Shown in pieces: positions 1 through 12,500 of a stretch of DNA of 64,000 nt; position 1 is the stretch's first letter, and the number at the start of each line of letters is the position of its first letter. A program made the position numbers and the translations under genes. The stretch is taken from the IMG/VR virus record IMGVR_UViG_3300025929_000001, positions 31,418 through 95,417 of that record; one strand, written 5' to 3'. The DNA is from a virus. The notes beneath the pieces were generated by a model. It was given only the letters and a program-made list of their open reading frames with translations, was not told the DNA's origin and did not search any database.

Positions 1-34
1 AGATGCATAACTCGAAACCGAAAGAGAAAACATA

Positions 35-3000
35 ATGAGCACTCCAGGCGGCAACGGACCAGATACCAACAGCGAATTAGGTCTAAACGTATCCACGAAT
101 GCGCCAGAAGCGGCTGCACAACTGGATGCGTTCGGTACCGTTGTCGTCAAACTTATTGACAGTGTTGACAAGCTAGCAGCTAGCTTGGATAAACAAGCTG
201 AGAAGCAAGAAAAAGCCAAGAAGTCTACAACCCAACTGACCGAAGCTCAGCGCGAGCAGCAACGTCAGCAGGCAGCGTCTTTGGAACTGCAAAAGCAAGC
301 TGACAAAGCGGCTGAACAAGCACTCGCTGCGGGCGAAAAGCTGATTGCTCAACTGCAAGACGAGATTGCCACGTTCGGCATGTCGCGTCTGGAAGTCAAA
401 GCATACCGCGCTGAGATCCTGGGCGTTAGCGAAGCTGCTGACCCATTGATTGCTAAACTGGAAGCACTTACCCGCGCACAGTTCGAGTTGACCACACAAC
501 AGCGCCGCGACATCGAAACCATGCGCGAGCAACAAGGCGCCTACGTCGCTCAGCAGCGGATGGTTGAAGACCGGGATATGTGGTTACACAACCAACGCGC
601 CAAAGATTACGCTGATTATATTAGCTGGTGGGAAAAGACCCTGGCTACGGAAGATGCCAACCAAGCTAAGATGATGGAGATTGGGCAGTCGCGCGACCTC
701 TGGCATCACGAGCAGCGTGCAAAAGACTACGCTGATTATATCTCATGGTGGGAAAAGACGCTTGCTGCTGAAGAAGCGGCATCTGCACGCATGATTGCTA
801 TCGAGCAAGCACGCGACGTCGAGCTCAACAACATGCGCAATGCGCAGATCGCAGCAGATGCAGAAGCGGCCGCTAAGCGTCAGGCAATCGTGGAAAACCG
901 CGATATGCAGATGCACAACATGCGCACCAAGATGGCAGAGGATGAAATGAAGCTGGCCGAACGCCAAGCTATCAATGACATCCGCTACGCCGAGATGTCT
1001 ACGTCTGCTAAGATCCGCGAGCTCGAGAAGCTTACCGCGTATCAAGCAGCGCATGCGGCGGGGTCAATCTCAGCAGAGACAATGGCTAATAACTTTAGCC
1101 CCGCAATGATTAAGGATCTGCCGAACCTTAGCAACTATCGTCGTGAGCTGGATGCAGTTAGAGCATCGCTGGAAGGTGCAACACACTCGACAGAAGGTCT
1201 GCAACTGACGAACAAGAGCTTTGCACGCGAACTGATTGTTATCGGTCACGAATTTGTGACAGGTAACTGGTCGCGTATCCCCGGTTCCATGATGGTGCTG
1301 GGCGAGCGAATGAACGCGGCTGCACTGCTGTTTAGCGGAATGGGCCTTGCTGCACTGAGCGCGGTCGTCGCCCTCGGCGGGTTCGTCTACGCTACTGCAA
1401 AAGCGATCGAAGCGCAGCACGAGATGAACAACGCGATGATCCTGACGAACAACTACGCAGGCATCACGGAAGGTCGCATAACAGGCATGGCTGCTGCAAT
1501 CGCAAACAGCGGTCAAAATATTGCGATTGCTACCGAAGCAATCACCGCACTGACCGCAAGCGGCAAGTTCACCGCAGAGCAGATCGGTACGATTAGCGAA
1601 GCGATTGTCAACCTGGAACGTACTACCGGTTACTCCATCGGTAACAGCGTTAAGAACTTTGAAAGCTTGCAAGTCAAGGTAGGTGACTCTGCAACTGCTA
1701 TCCGGGACAAACTGCTCCAGTCTGTACTTAAACTGGACGAGCAGTTCCACTACCTCGACAGCACGATGATCAACCAGATCCTCACATATACCCGCATGGG
1801 CGATATGCAGAAGGCATCTAGTGTGGCCACAGACCAGCTCACCGAAGCAACGAACCGCATGGCTCGCGAAGGTGAAGCGCAACTCGGTTACTTCGCAAAG
1901 CGCTGGCTCGAACTGAAAGACGCTGTACAGCAAACGATTCACGCGATGGGTGAATGGGGTAAGACCCAGACCTCTGCAATGAAGGTTGGTTCGCTCTCCG
2001 CTGAGCTGGCTGCAATGGACGCTTCCCAAAATGCAGCACTCAGCCGCGCAGCGCTGCCCGGTCAGTCCGGTGGTGCAGCACAGATCGAAGCAATGCGCAA
2101 GAACTTCGCTGAGCAGCGTGCTAAGAAGTCTGCTGAGCTTACCGCAGCCATTGAGCAGAACAATAAAGAAGTCGCAGACGCTGAGCGTCGCGGCCAAGAA
2201 ACCCGTTTGCAATCACAGGTTAACTTCTACAAGATTAGCGACGAGCGCGATCGTGTAGCAATGGAACGTAAGGTCAAAGGCGTAACCGCCACAGAAGAAA
2301 AGATCGAGCAGTACATGACCCGCGTTAAAGCGGCTAAAGAATTGGAGAAGCTCAACGGCGTAGTTGATCCGCAATACTCCGATGAAGCAGTTGCGCACCA
2401 AATCGACCTGATCAAACAAACTTCCGAAAAGAAAGCAAAGGCGGTTAGCGACGGTCGTAAGCAAACGCTGCTGATGAATATGGCGGACGCTGCTGCTGAG
2501 TTCAAGCTGTTGGAAGACCAGACCAAAGCGGAAGAAGCTCTGATTAAGAGCGACATGCGCACGAAGGAAATTACTACCGAAGAAGGGTACGCTAAGATCC
2601 GCGCAGGTCGTGAACAAGAACTGGTTGCGCTGGACAACACCTACGCCAAGCAGAAGAAAATCCTGGACGATTACAACGCCAAGGATGCTAAAGACGCTGC
2701 GGAGAAAGAACGCCGCCAGCATGCGCTGCTCGCTGCATACAACCTGACCAAACAAAAGATCAACGAAGCTATCGACAAAAACGATAGCGACGAGGACTTA
2801 GCTAAGTACAAGGAAAAAGAAGCGCTGCTGAAGTCCATCAACAAGGAAGGCAAAGCCGTCACAGACAGCCTGCAAAAGCAAATCGATAAAGAGCGTTTGC
2901 ACAACGAAGAGATCGGTAAGACCAAAGAGCAAATCGAACTGGCTAAGAAAGCGCAGCAAGATGCAGAGGTCGCTGACTTGGAGAACCAAGCGAGCGCTTA

Positions 3001-6000
3001 CTCGTTTGCTATCCAAAATCTTGCGCTGAACGAAGCTGAAAGGGAACTCTATACCGCCAAGCTGCAACAGATCCAGTCTGAGATTGCACTGCGTAAAGAC
3101 CTTGCTAACGTCCAGGCAGCAGGCGCAGGCATTGCTAGCGACAGCCCTGATGTTGTGGGCAAGCTTGCAGATGAAACCGCTAGGAAGTGGAAGAAGGCTG
3201 GCGAGGACATCAAGAAGTCGCTGCGGGATGCGTTTGGTGATGTTGGCGGTGCTATCGGCGACATGTTCAAAGTGTACGCTGACGGTCAAGCTAACACCAT
3301 CAAGATCAACGACGAGTACAACAAGAAACGTGCTGCCGCACTCGGTACCGAGAACATGCAGCAACGTCTGCTTGCTGCTGAGCAGGAAAAGGCCAACGAG
3401 CTTACCGCTAACCAGATGCATCAATGGGGCGGTATGGCGGATGCTGCGTCCAACTACTTTGACCAGTCCTCGACCGGTTACAAGACGTTGCATGCGGTTG
3501 CCCAAGTGTTCCACGCTGCTGAAATGGCGCTCATCATTGCCAAGCAAGTCCCGCTTGCGATCAACGCTGTGTTGGGTCAAGGCGCAGGCGATCCGTACAC
3601 TGCCTTCGCTCGCATGGCTGCAATGGCGGCGGTTGTGACTGGTCTTGGTGTGGCCATCAGTGCTAGCCAGGCCGGTGCAATGCGTGAGGACGTTGCTAAG
3701 AAAGCGCAAGAAACTCAAGGAACCGGAACTGTACTTGGTGACAGCACCGCTAAGTCCAACTCGATCCAAAAAGCACTCGACCTTATTGGCGACAATTCCG
3801 ACGTCACGCTGCGCTACACTTCGCAAATGGCGCAGTCGCTGAAGAATATCGAAAGCGGCATCGGTGGACTTGCTAACATCATCTTCCGCACTAGCGGCAT
3901 GACGTCGGGTCAAAACTTTGGTGTTCAAACTGGTATCCTGGCCACTAACAAAGGCGACCCGATCGCAAATGCGCTTGGTCTGGGCGGCGTTGCAAGCACG
4001 CTCGCTAACATGACCCCATTCCTGGGCGGCATCATCAACAAGCTGCAAAGCCTTTGGGGTAAGACCGAGCAAAGCATCGTTGACACCGGTCTGGAAGTTA
4101 AGGGTTCGATTAACGACCTGATGAACGGTACGGGTGTGCAGCAGTACGTCAACGTTGAGCAGAAAAAGACTAGCTGGTTCGGTCTGGTTAAGGACTATAG
4201 CTATAACACAGTCGAGCAGAACGCGGGTTCTGAGATTGCGCAGCAGTTTGGCACCATCTTTACCAACCTGAACAAGACCCTGACGGCTGCCGGTGCAGCG
4301 CTCGGTATGGGTGGCCAGCGCCTGCAAGAAGCTTTGGCTACTACGCAAATCAGCGTTGACCCGACTAGCTTTAAAGACCTGAAAGGTCAAGAGCTCGTCG
4401 ATGCGCTGAACGCAGTTGTCAGCAAAGCGTCCGACCAAGTCGCGCAAGCTGTATTGCCCGGCCTGGACAAGTTCATGCAAGTTGGTGAAGGCTACGCACA
4501 GACCGCGATTCGTGTGGCTACCGGTGCCGAGAAGGCGCAAGTATCCCTCCAGAAGCTGGGCATCAGCGCAATCAACTATGGTGACATCGTCAACAAGCAA
4601 GGTGACGTTGCTGCGGAAATTGTGCGTCAGTCTTTGGTTGCACGCGAGACGAGCAGCCAGTTTATCATCTCCTGGAGCGGGATGTTCAACACCATTGCTT
4701 ACACGACCAGCGGCATCGGTGACATCATGAGCACCCTGAACGGTACTGCTGATGAAATGATTGCGACCTACAAGTCGCTCGTTGAAATCCGTCGTATTAT
4801 GATGGCCACAAACAGCAATCCGAACAACAATCGGACGGGTGGCAACCTGACGCAAGCTACTGTCGCTGGTGCGGGTGGCGTTGAAGACCTTGCTAGCGGT
4901 ACAAGGGACTTCCTGGACAAATACTTCTCGGATACCGAAAAGACCCGCATCGAAACGCAACGCTTGACGGAAGAATTTAACCGCCTGGGTCTGCAACTGC
5001 CGCGCTCCAAAGAGGAGTTTCGTTCTCTGCTGGTTGGTATCGACCAAACGACCGAAGCAGGTCAAGCGCTGTACGGTAGCATGATTGTGCTGTCGGGTTC
5101 GTTTGCTGACCTGATGGACAGCGCTAAGAATGCTTCCGCTACGACCAACACCATCATTGACGACCAAATTGCTCGGGTTAACGACCTGAGCGAGAAGGCG
5201 CAGCGTTGGTTAGCGGTTCGTAACAGCGCAAGTGATCTGCAAGACAGCCTTACCGAGAACATGGGCGGCAAGGTTGACACTAGCGCACGTCAGGAAGCTC
5301 TGTGGGCGATGCTTGCACAAGGCGACAAGATCAGCCCTGAGCAGCAAATCTCGCTGGCGACCGAGCTGCAAAATCTGATACTGAAGAAGTACCAGACCGA
5401 GAAAGCTAACGCGACCGACCTGCTGAATGTGGCTAAGTCGCTGCGTAGCTACCTGGACAGCTTGAAGGTTGGCGATCTTGCTCCGGGTACCAGTACCGAG
5501 AAGCTGAACGAAGCTAAGTCGCAGTACCAACTGACGCTGAGCAAAGCACAAGGCGGTGACGCAACGGCTGCGGGTGATCTGCAAAACAAGGCGCAAGCTT
5601 ACCTGTCCCTGGCTCGTGATTACTACGCTTCGTCTGACCCATACAAGGAGATATTTGCTAGCGTCTACTCGTCGCTTGATCAATACGCTACGACCGCAGA
5701 AAGCGCTGAGCAGTTGCAAGCTGAAGGCAATGCAATTGCCCAAGGCCAGATCGACGAGCTGAGCAAGCTGCGCGATATCGTAAGTGTGGTCATGGAGCAC
5801 GCAGATACCAACTACGAACAAACCGTGACCGAGCTGCAAGCATCGCTCAACGCTCTGCAGATGATCAATACGTCACTGAATGTACTGTCGACGGTACCAG
5901 ACCTGCTCCGCGGTATGCCTGCGGAGCTGGCTGCGAACTTGCAGCAATCGCTTGGTGGTATCATCAACGCGGTTGGAAGTGCGAACGACCAAGCTGCAAT

Positions 6001-6571
6001 CCAAGCAGCAGCCGTCGCAGCACAACAGCAACGGGTTCTGGATGCAGCAGCTCAAGCAGCACAGGCGGCAGCGGCCTCCGCAGCATCTGCTCAAGCAGCG
6101 GCAGCAAACGCAACAAACGCCTACGGTGGCGCACAGGTTCCGCAAGGGCCAACGCCGTTCTATCAACTGTATTTCCAACACGCAAACGGTCTGAACTTCG
6201 TGCCTTACGACGGGTATCAAGCTGAGTTGCATCGCGGTGAGCGAGTCTTGACAGCAGCGGAGAACGAAAAGTACACGTTCGACAAAGTCTACAGGGCTCC
6301 TGACGATGAAAAGGTGTTGACCTCTACCGCGAACCGCAGTAGTATAGGTGCGGGACAAAATACTGCATCTAGTGGCGCTCTTGCCCAGGAAATCAAAGCA
6401 CTCCGCGAAGAACTAGCCGCGTTGCGCGAAGATCAAGCTAAGCAACATCAAGAGTCTATTGCAACCAACTACGATGCGAACGACCGGGCAGCTAACAAGG
6501 TCGCATCCGCAACGTGTGATGCAGCAGACAAAGCTAACTGGCAAAAGCGCTCTGCCGCGACACTTAGATAG
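35..6571 (+). CDS. Tail tape measure protein
   Basis: 2178 aa, Ala/Gln/Lys-rich and helical, with internal 40- and 29-aa repeats and a lambda TMP-like segment. The C-terminal HANG..VPYDGY.AELHRGERVLTA motif is typical of TMPs, and tail-tip genes follow. Confidence 0.93.
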   Translation: MSTPGGNGPDTNSELGLNVSTNAPEAAAQLDAFGTVVVKLIDSVDKLAASLDKQAEKQEKAKKSTTQLTEAQREQQRQQAASLELQKQADKAAEQALAAGEKLIAQLQDEIATFGMSRLEVKAYRAEILGVSEAADPLIAKLEALTRAQFELTTQQRRDIETMREQQGAYVAQQRMVEDRDMWLHNQRAKDYADYISWWEKTLATEDANQAKMMEIGQSRDLWHHEQRAKDYADYISWWEKTLAAEEAASARMIAIEQARDVELNNMRNAQIAADAEAAAKRQAIVENRDMQMHNMRTKMAEDEMKLAERQAINDIRYAEMSTSAKIRELEKLTAYQAAHAAGSISAETMANNFSPAMIKDLPNLSNYRRELDAVRASLEGATHSTEGLQLTNKSFARELIVIGHEFVTGNWSRIPGSMMVLGERMNAAALLFSGMGLAALSAVVALGGFVYATAKAIEAQHEMNNAMILTNNYAGITEGRITGMAAAIANSGQNIAIATEAITALTASGKFTAEQIGTISEAIVNLERTTGYSIGNSVKNFESLQVKVGDSATAIRDKLLQSVLKLDEQFHYLDSTMINQILTYTRMGDMQKASSVATDQLTEATNRMAREGEAQLGYFAKRWLELKDAVQQTIHAMGEWGKTQTSAMKVGSLSAELAAMDASQNAALSRAALPGQSGGAAQIEAMRKNFAEQRAKKSAELTAAIEQNNKEVADAERRGQETRLQSQVNFYKISDERDRVAMERKVKGVTATEEKIEQYMTRVKAAKELEKLNGVVDPQYSDEAVAHQIDLIKQTSEKKAKAVSDGRKQTLLMNMADAAAEFKLLEDQTKAEEALIKSDMRTKEITTEEGYAKIRAGREQELVALDNTYAKQKKILDDYNAKDAKDAAEKERRQHALLAAYNLTKQKINEAIDKNDSDEDLAKYKEKEALLKSINKEGKAVTDSLQKQIDKERLHNEEIGKTKEQIELAKKAQQDAEVADLENQASAYSFAIQNLALNEAERELYTAKLQQIQSEIALRKDLANVQAAGAGIASDSPDVVGKLADETARKWKKAGEDIKKSLRDAFGDVGGAIGDMFKVYADGQANTIKINDEYNKKRAAALGTENMQQRLLAAEQEKANELTANQMHQWGGMADAASNYFDQSSTGYKTLHAVAQVFHAAEMALIIAKQVPLAINAVLGQGAGDPYTAFARMAAMAAVVTGLGVAISASQAGAMREDVAKKAQETQGTGTVLGDSTAKSNSIQKALDLIGDNSDVTLRYTSQMAQSLKNIESGIGGLANIIFRTSGMTSGQNFGVQTGILATNKGDPIANALGLGGVASTLANMTPFLGGIINKLQSLWGKTEQSIVDTGLEVKGSINDLMNGTGVQQYVNVEQKKTSWFGLVKDYSYNTVEQNAGSEIAQQFGTIFTNLNKTLTAAGAALGMGGQRLQEALATTQISVDPTSFKDLKGQELVDALNAVVSKASDQVAQAVLPGLDKFMQVGEGYAQTAIRVATGAEKAQVSLQKLGISAINYGDIVNKQGDVAAEIVRQSLVARETSSQFIISWSGMFNTIAYTTSGIGDIMSTLNGTADEMIATYKSLVEIRRIMMATNSNPNNNRTGGNLTQATVAGAGGVEDLASGTRDFLDKYFSDTEKTRIETQRLTEEFNRLGLQLPRSKEEFRSLLVGIDQTTEAGQALYGSMIVLSGSFADLMDSAKNASATTNTIIDDQIARVNDLSEKAQRWLAVRNSASDLQDSLTENMGGKVDTSARQEALWAMLAQGDKISPEQQISLATELQNLILKKYQTEKANATDLLNVAKSLRSYLDSLKVGDLAPGTSTEKLNEAKSQYQLTLSKAQGGDATAAGDLQNKAQAYLSLARDYYASSDPYKEIFASVYSSLDQYATTAESAEQLQAEGNAIAQGQIDELSKLRDIVSVVMEHADTNYEQTVTELQASLNALQMINTSLNVLSTVPDLLRGMPAELAANLQQSLGGIINAVGSANDQAAIQAAAVAAQQQRVLDAAAQAAQAAAASAASAQAAAANATNAYGGAQVPQGPTPFYQLYFQHANGLNFVPYDGYQAELHRGERVLTAAENEKYTFDKVYRAPDDEKVLTSTANRSSIGAGQNTASSGALAQEIKALREELAALREDQAKQHQESIATNYDANDRAANKVASATCDAADKANWQKRSAATLR
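575..815 (+). repeat. 40-aa tandem repeat in the TMP (RDxWxHxQRAKDYADYISWWEKTLA x2)
   Basis: Copies start at about 575 and 695 (120-nt period), followed by degenerate RD..xNMR units. Confidence 0.85.
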
Positions 6572-6579
6572 GAAACCAA

Positions 6580-9500
6580 ATGGCCGACGTAATCCGCACA
6601 GTAACAGACAACGCATCATTCCAGGCAGCATGCAACACCGCGAATGGATTTGATTGCGTCGGCCAAGCGGCTAACTTTCGCATTCAACTCACCAACAGTT
6701 TTGTTCCAAGTGGTATCAGCGTAGGTGCTGGAACCAGTAGCGATGACTATAAAGTCATTGTCGAAGCTGCACCCGGCATGGGTCACGCAGACCTTGCGAA
6801 CACCGGCGCATACAACTACGGCAATCAGGGTATCGAACTGACGCTTAACAACGACAGCGCGATTATCGCTCATTCTGGTGTGTGGTTTCACAACCTCCGT
6901 ATTACCTCCAATGCATATCACGGCTTTCTTGCGCAGAGCGGTGGCAATGGCGTATTACCACGCATCAACGAATGTAAGGTACGCTGTGAAGCATACGGCG
7001 CTATCGGTATCCAAGCATACCAGTCTCTTGAAGTCTACTCCTCATTGTTTGTGCGTAGCTCGACAAGCGGTGGCCCGCTGATCGACGGCTCCTGGAGCTT
7101 GACCGCATTCTTCAGCACGTTCGTACTCCTGCCAGGCGCTACCGCAGAGAAAGCGCACTCGGGCGGATGGGGCGGTCAGTACTCTGTCTTGATCGACAAC
7201 CTGTATGTCGGTTTTGCAAACCCTTACGACGGTTCGTTCTGGTGCGTCAACAATTACTCGAACTACGGTAGCGCGAACAACTGCACAGTCGTATCCAACA
7301 TTGTTGTTGATACGAGCAACGACTTCCGCGCAGGCTCCAGCGTCCGTGGCCTGGGTACTAGCGAGATGATATCCACGCTGGACGGTCGCGGTAACAATCG
7401 CGGCAACTTCCCTGATCCAGGCGCAGTGATGTACAATCCGGCAGAAGCTGCTGCGATCCCAACCATCACCAGTCAAACATTTTCGAACGGTACGCTGACA
7501 CTCAGCGGCACCTATACCAACAACGCCACGGGCGGATTGCTCGTTGTCGATCCTCTGTACCGGACTGCGGGCGTACCGCGTCAACAAACCAGCAGCATCT
7601 CGATCAACTCCGGTAACAAGACGTTCTCAGTTACGCTGTCCGGTATGCCGCGTGAGATTTACCGCGTCCCCGTTATGCGGCTGTCGAACACTGGTGGCCT
7701 TGGCCCTAAAGCGACCGTCGGCGTCAGTGCAATCACGAACTACGTTGCGCTCGGTGCAAACCCAACTCCTCCGCCTACCATCCTGCAACCGAACCGGTGG
7801 CAGCCGGCATGGAGCAGCAGCACAAACCTCGGCGACCGCAAAGTCGAACATCGCCGCAACGGTCAAGTCCTTGCAACCTACGGTGAACTTGGCGATCTGC
7901 TCGGGCCCGACCAACGTTACGGCGGCACGCAGTTCCCACTCTTGCCAGGTGACGAAATTCTGGTCTACCCTGCACGCTATTACAAAGCCGTCTGGTTCGG
8001 CATGCCTAGCGGTGGCGCTGGCGGTAATTCGTCAAGCCCGCTGACCGGTGTTACAGTTCGCGGTCTAACCATTAACGGCGAGCGTCCTGTTATCTGGTGG
8101 AAGTACCTTGACGGGACGGAAGGTCAATACGGTTACGCCAAAGGTAACGGCGCGATCTACGGTACGGGTGTCGTCTATGTAGGCTACACCGGCGACGGTT
8201 GTGTGTGGGATAACATTGACATTATCGACGTCGATGGTTGGACGGGTAAGTCGTTGCTGTACATCAACAACGGCGTTGAAGGCATGGTTACGTTCAAGAA
8301 CATGCGTGTTATGGGTGCTATCATTAGCGGTCATAACGGCATCCTGTCTGCGCATGGTACCCGTTGCGGTCTGACGTTTGAGAACGTGGAAACTGCATAC
8401 CTTGGCGGCGGTGCGACAACCCCTCCGGACATCAACGAAGCACTTGCGCATGGCTACTATATCACGCGTCACGAGCCTAACGCTCAAGGCGTGTACCCGC
8501 AAATTAACTTCAAAGGTTGTTACTTCCATCACGGCTGGTACGGTCACTTGCTGAAGGTTCGTAACCCGCAACTGACGGTTGAAGGCTGCTATTTCATGGG
8601 CGTCAACTCCAAAGCGTTTGGCGACTCGCTGACCCCAGACTTCTGGCGCATGCCTCAGTCGGGTGCAGCACCTTCTGTTAACGACTCCGCAGAAGTTTCA
8701 AACCTGGATATGCCGAACGGCGGTACGCTGACGTTCATCAATAATGTGGTTGTCAAGAACTACACCGGTCGCGACGTTGGTATATTCTGCCTGAATTGGG
8801 GTGCTGAATCAAACATCGGTTGGAGCGGTGGCGAAGCTGGCGTCGACGGTAAAATTACCATCGAGAACAATACGTTTGTGGCCATGTCGAACAAGGTGCG
8901 GGTTGAAGGCAGTAGCGGTAGCGCTGTCCCTCCGGTTCCCTTGGGCTTCTCCAATGGCCAAGACCATCCCACCAGTGATACATGGCCACATGACCGCGTG
9001 CCTGTATCCATCCGGAACAACGTGTACGCGGGCTTCGTCGACGAAAGCTGGAAAGAACCAAGCGCACAAATCCTCACCATCGACCAAATTAACCTGCCGG
9101 GTCGTGATAGCGGTGTGCCGTTCTCGCCGAAGGTCACGCAAGGTTCGATTGGTACTAATGGCGGTCAAGGTCGTCCGATGTACGCTCACCGCACGTCCTG
9201 GGCTACTCGTACCGACACAAACAAGGGCGGTGTTGGCGACTTCCAAAGCACGCTGTCTGCTACGGGTAACGGTACCGGCCAACTGCCGATGATAACCCCA
9301 TTCCGCAACACAGATGCTCAAGCACTGTCAGGCGGTCAGAATGGCGCAGTGGCTTATCCGCTGCAATACGAATGGTCTGTAACCGGTTCGTCTGCGGTGA
9401 CTGTGAACAGCGGCACTGCTGGCGCTCAAGCTGACGAAGTTGTCCCATCTGGTAGCAGTGGCGGTACGGGTGGAACCGGCGGCGGTGGAACCACACCTCC

Positions 9501-12500
9501 TGATACGGGTGGCGGCACCACGGGCGCTCCAACAAACACGACGCAAGCGTCCGGAGCACCGGTCAACTTTACGGCTGCTAAATTGTGGTCATTTGACACC
9601 GATACGCAAGGTTGGGTCATGGAGGGTTACGGCTCTCCGTCCGGCGGCCCTAACGTGTTCGACGTGCAGATGGGTACGCTGCGGGTCTTCCCGAACTACG
9701 CAGATAACGTTATCAAGTCGCCAGGTAGCTTGGGCGTGAATGGTGCCGCCAATCCTAAAGTGCAAGTTAGCGTCAAACGCGTCAACGGTAGCACATGGGA
9801 AGGCGGTTTGCGCTGGATCACTACTACCGACAGCAATTGGGACGACGTCAAGTATAAGCAGGTCAACAATACCATCAATTCGTCGGGTTACACGACGTTG
9901 GATTGGGACATGTCGACCATGACCAACTGGACGGGCGGCACCATTAGCCAGATTCGTCTTGACCTTGGCGTGTCACTGGACGACGAATTCTTTGTTGACT
10001 GGATTGCTATTGGTGCAGCAGCCGCATCCGGTGGCGGAACAAATCCTCCAGGCAGCACTACGGGCACTGTCACCGTCGACCGCACCAATGCGCTAGGCGC
10101 GAAGGTTATTGCCTTCTACCCTCTGAATGGTTCAGACGGTGAGATTGTTTCAGGTCTGCCTCTGACACTGGTTGCTGGTACTTACGTCACGGACGCAACA
10201 TACGGCAAGGTGCTCCAAGGTTCCACAGACCAAGTTGGCGCTACTATCAATCTTGACCTTAGCACTAAGAACCAGATCTCGTTCTCATTCCGTGCTAAAA
10301 ACATAGGTGAGAAAGACATCTTCCAGCATGGCGGAAACTGGCAGCTCAACGAAAACGGTGGCGCAATTATGGTTTCCGGTAACTTCGGAGGCGAATACAT
10401 TGCTGGTGTCAACCATGGACGTAACGGATACGCGGGAACCGGCTTCCCACATCCTGGCGTAGACAGTGCTGCATGGAACTACCACATCATTACCCTCGAT
10501 AACACCAATAAACCTGAACCGTTTGCGACTTGGATGGTCAACGGTACCGAGCTGACCGAATGGAATAGCTTTGGTACTAGCGGCACATCGTTTAAATCCG
10601 GTCTGCTGGAAATCATGAAAACCAGCGGCGGTCAAATACAAAACCTAACGTTCTTTGACGGTATCCTATCATCAGCTGAACGTACATCGCTCAACACAAA
10701 CCCGTCACAGTATTACAAGGTCAATGTTACTAATCCGGGTGGCGGCACCGGTGGCGGAACGGGCGGTAGCGGCACTGTCACAATCAATACGAGCAACGCG
10801 CTCGGTGCGAAGGTGCTTAAGTACTTCCCGTTCAATGGTGTCGACGGTGAGATCATTAGCGGTAACTCGCTTAACGTGAACAGTAACGGTCTGTTTATTA
10901 CGGACTCGACTTACGGTAAAGCGCTCCAGCTCAATGGCGCTGGCCCTGCTGCGACCGTGAACGTCGACCTTAGCGGTCACAATACCATCACGCTCGCCTT
11001 CCGCGCAAAGAACATCACCAATGCTAGCCTTATCCAGCACGTTGGTGATCCGTACAATGCAAACTATACGACGGAGCATGGCTTCTTGGTTCGCGGTCGT
11101 GATACAGAGATTAACAACACGAACTTCTTTGTTACGAATCATGGTAGCGGTTGGTCTGCAACCCATTTCAACTACGACTACCGCAATCTGGACGATACCG
11201 GCTGGCATTACCATATTGTCACTCTTATCAACACCTTGGAAGGCGTGCCTCATGGAACGTGGTACACAGACGGCGTAGCTAATACCGTCAACGGCGGCTA
11301 TGGTTCCGCTGGCTACAAGTTCATCAACGGTTTGATGTCCTTCTTGCTGACTGGTGGTGCAGCAATCCAAAACCTTGCAATCTTTGCAGACACACTCACG
11401 TCCGCAGAGATCACCAGCCTTAGCAACAACCCGGCACAACTGGTCAACGTCGCAACTACGGAAGGCCCGGGCTTCAGCATCTCGAGCGCGGTCATCCCTG
11501 ATAACGCACGTAACACGATCGTCTTGCAACTTGGTGCTAGTCTGGACACGACGCACGCTGCGCCAGCTTTCAGCCAGTGGTCAATCACTAACCACACAGT
11601 GACGTCCTACACCTACCCGAACGGCGCAAACAGCTTCATCGTAACGCTGATTATGAACTCGGAGTTTGCATACGGTGATGTGGTCAAGCTCAGCTACACG
11701 CGACCAACCGCTCCAGCGGGTTTCGCAACGACCGGTAACAGCTATCTGGTTAACACGACGAACTTCTCGGTTACAAACGCTATCGCAGCGCCGGCAGTTG
11801 GTGAAGGTGCAGCAATCAGCGTCGTAAGCGCAACCATCACCAACGCTAACACGAACGCAATTGTGGTCGTGCTCAGCGGTAATATTGATACGTCGCATGC
11901 TGCTCCGCCTTTCGGTCAGTGGATTCTAACAGGTCGCACCGTCACCGGTTACAGCTATCCAAATGGTACTAGCGGTAACACAGTCCAACTGACGGTTAGC
12001 GGCGCTGCATTCGCCTATGGTGATGTAGTCACCTTGGGATATACGCGTCCGAGTGCTCCGGTCGGCTTTGCGGCTGCGGGTAACAGTTATCTGGCGTCGT
12101 TCAGCAACCTTGCAGTGACGAATAGCATTCCGTCCGGTAGCGGTACGTCCGAAGGCACACCAATTACCATTCTCAGCGCAACGGTGAACAACTCGTCGCC
12201 TGGTTCTGTGTCCGTGGTGCTAAGCGACTTCCTGGACCGTTCGCACGCTGACCCTGCTTATGGTCAATGGGCCGTGACTGGCCATAGCGTTACCGCATAC
12301 GAGTTCGACCAGACCAACGCCAACAAGCTCAACTTGGTTCTAAACTCGCCTGTTGTGTACGGTACAACTCTGTCGCTCGGCTACACCAGGCCTACAGCGC
12401 CCGCAGGCTTTGCTGCGTCGGGCAATCGGTACCTGTCGACCTTTTCGGGTTTGAGCATCACCAATAACGTTGCCTACGTCTATGTACCGTCGGATATTCC

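Noticed and set aside
2798-5167. 789-aa antisense ORF, and other long antisense ORFs such as 1070..2212, 32519..33328 and 50401..51315
   Set aside because: These are shadows of codon bias in the real genes on the opposite strand, with no RBS or recognisable motifs.
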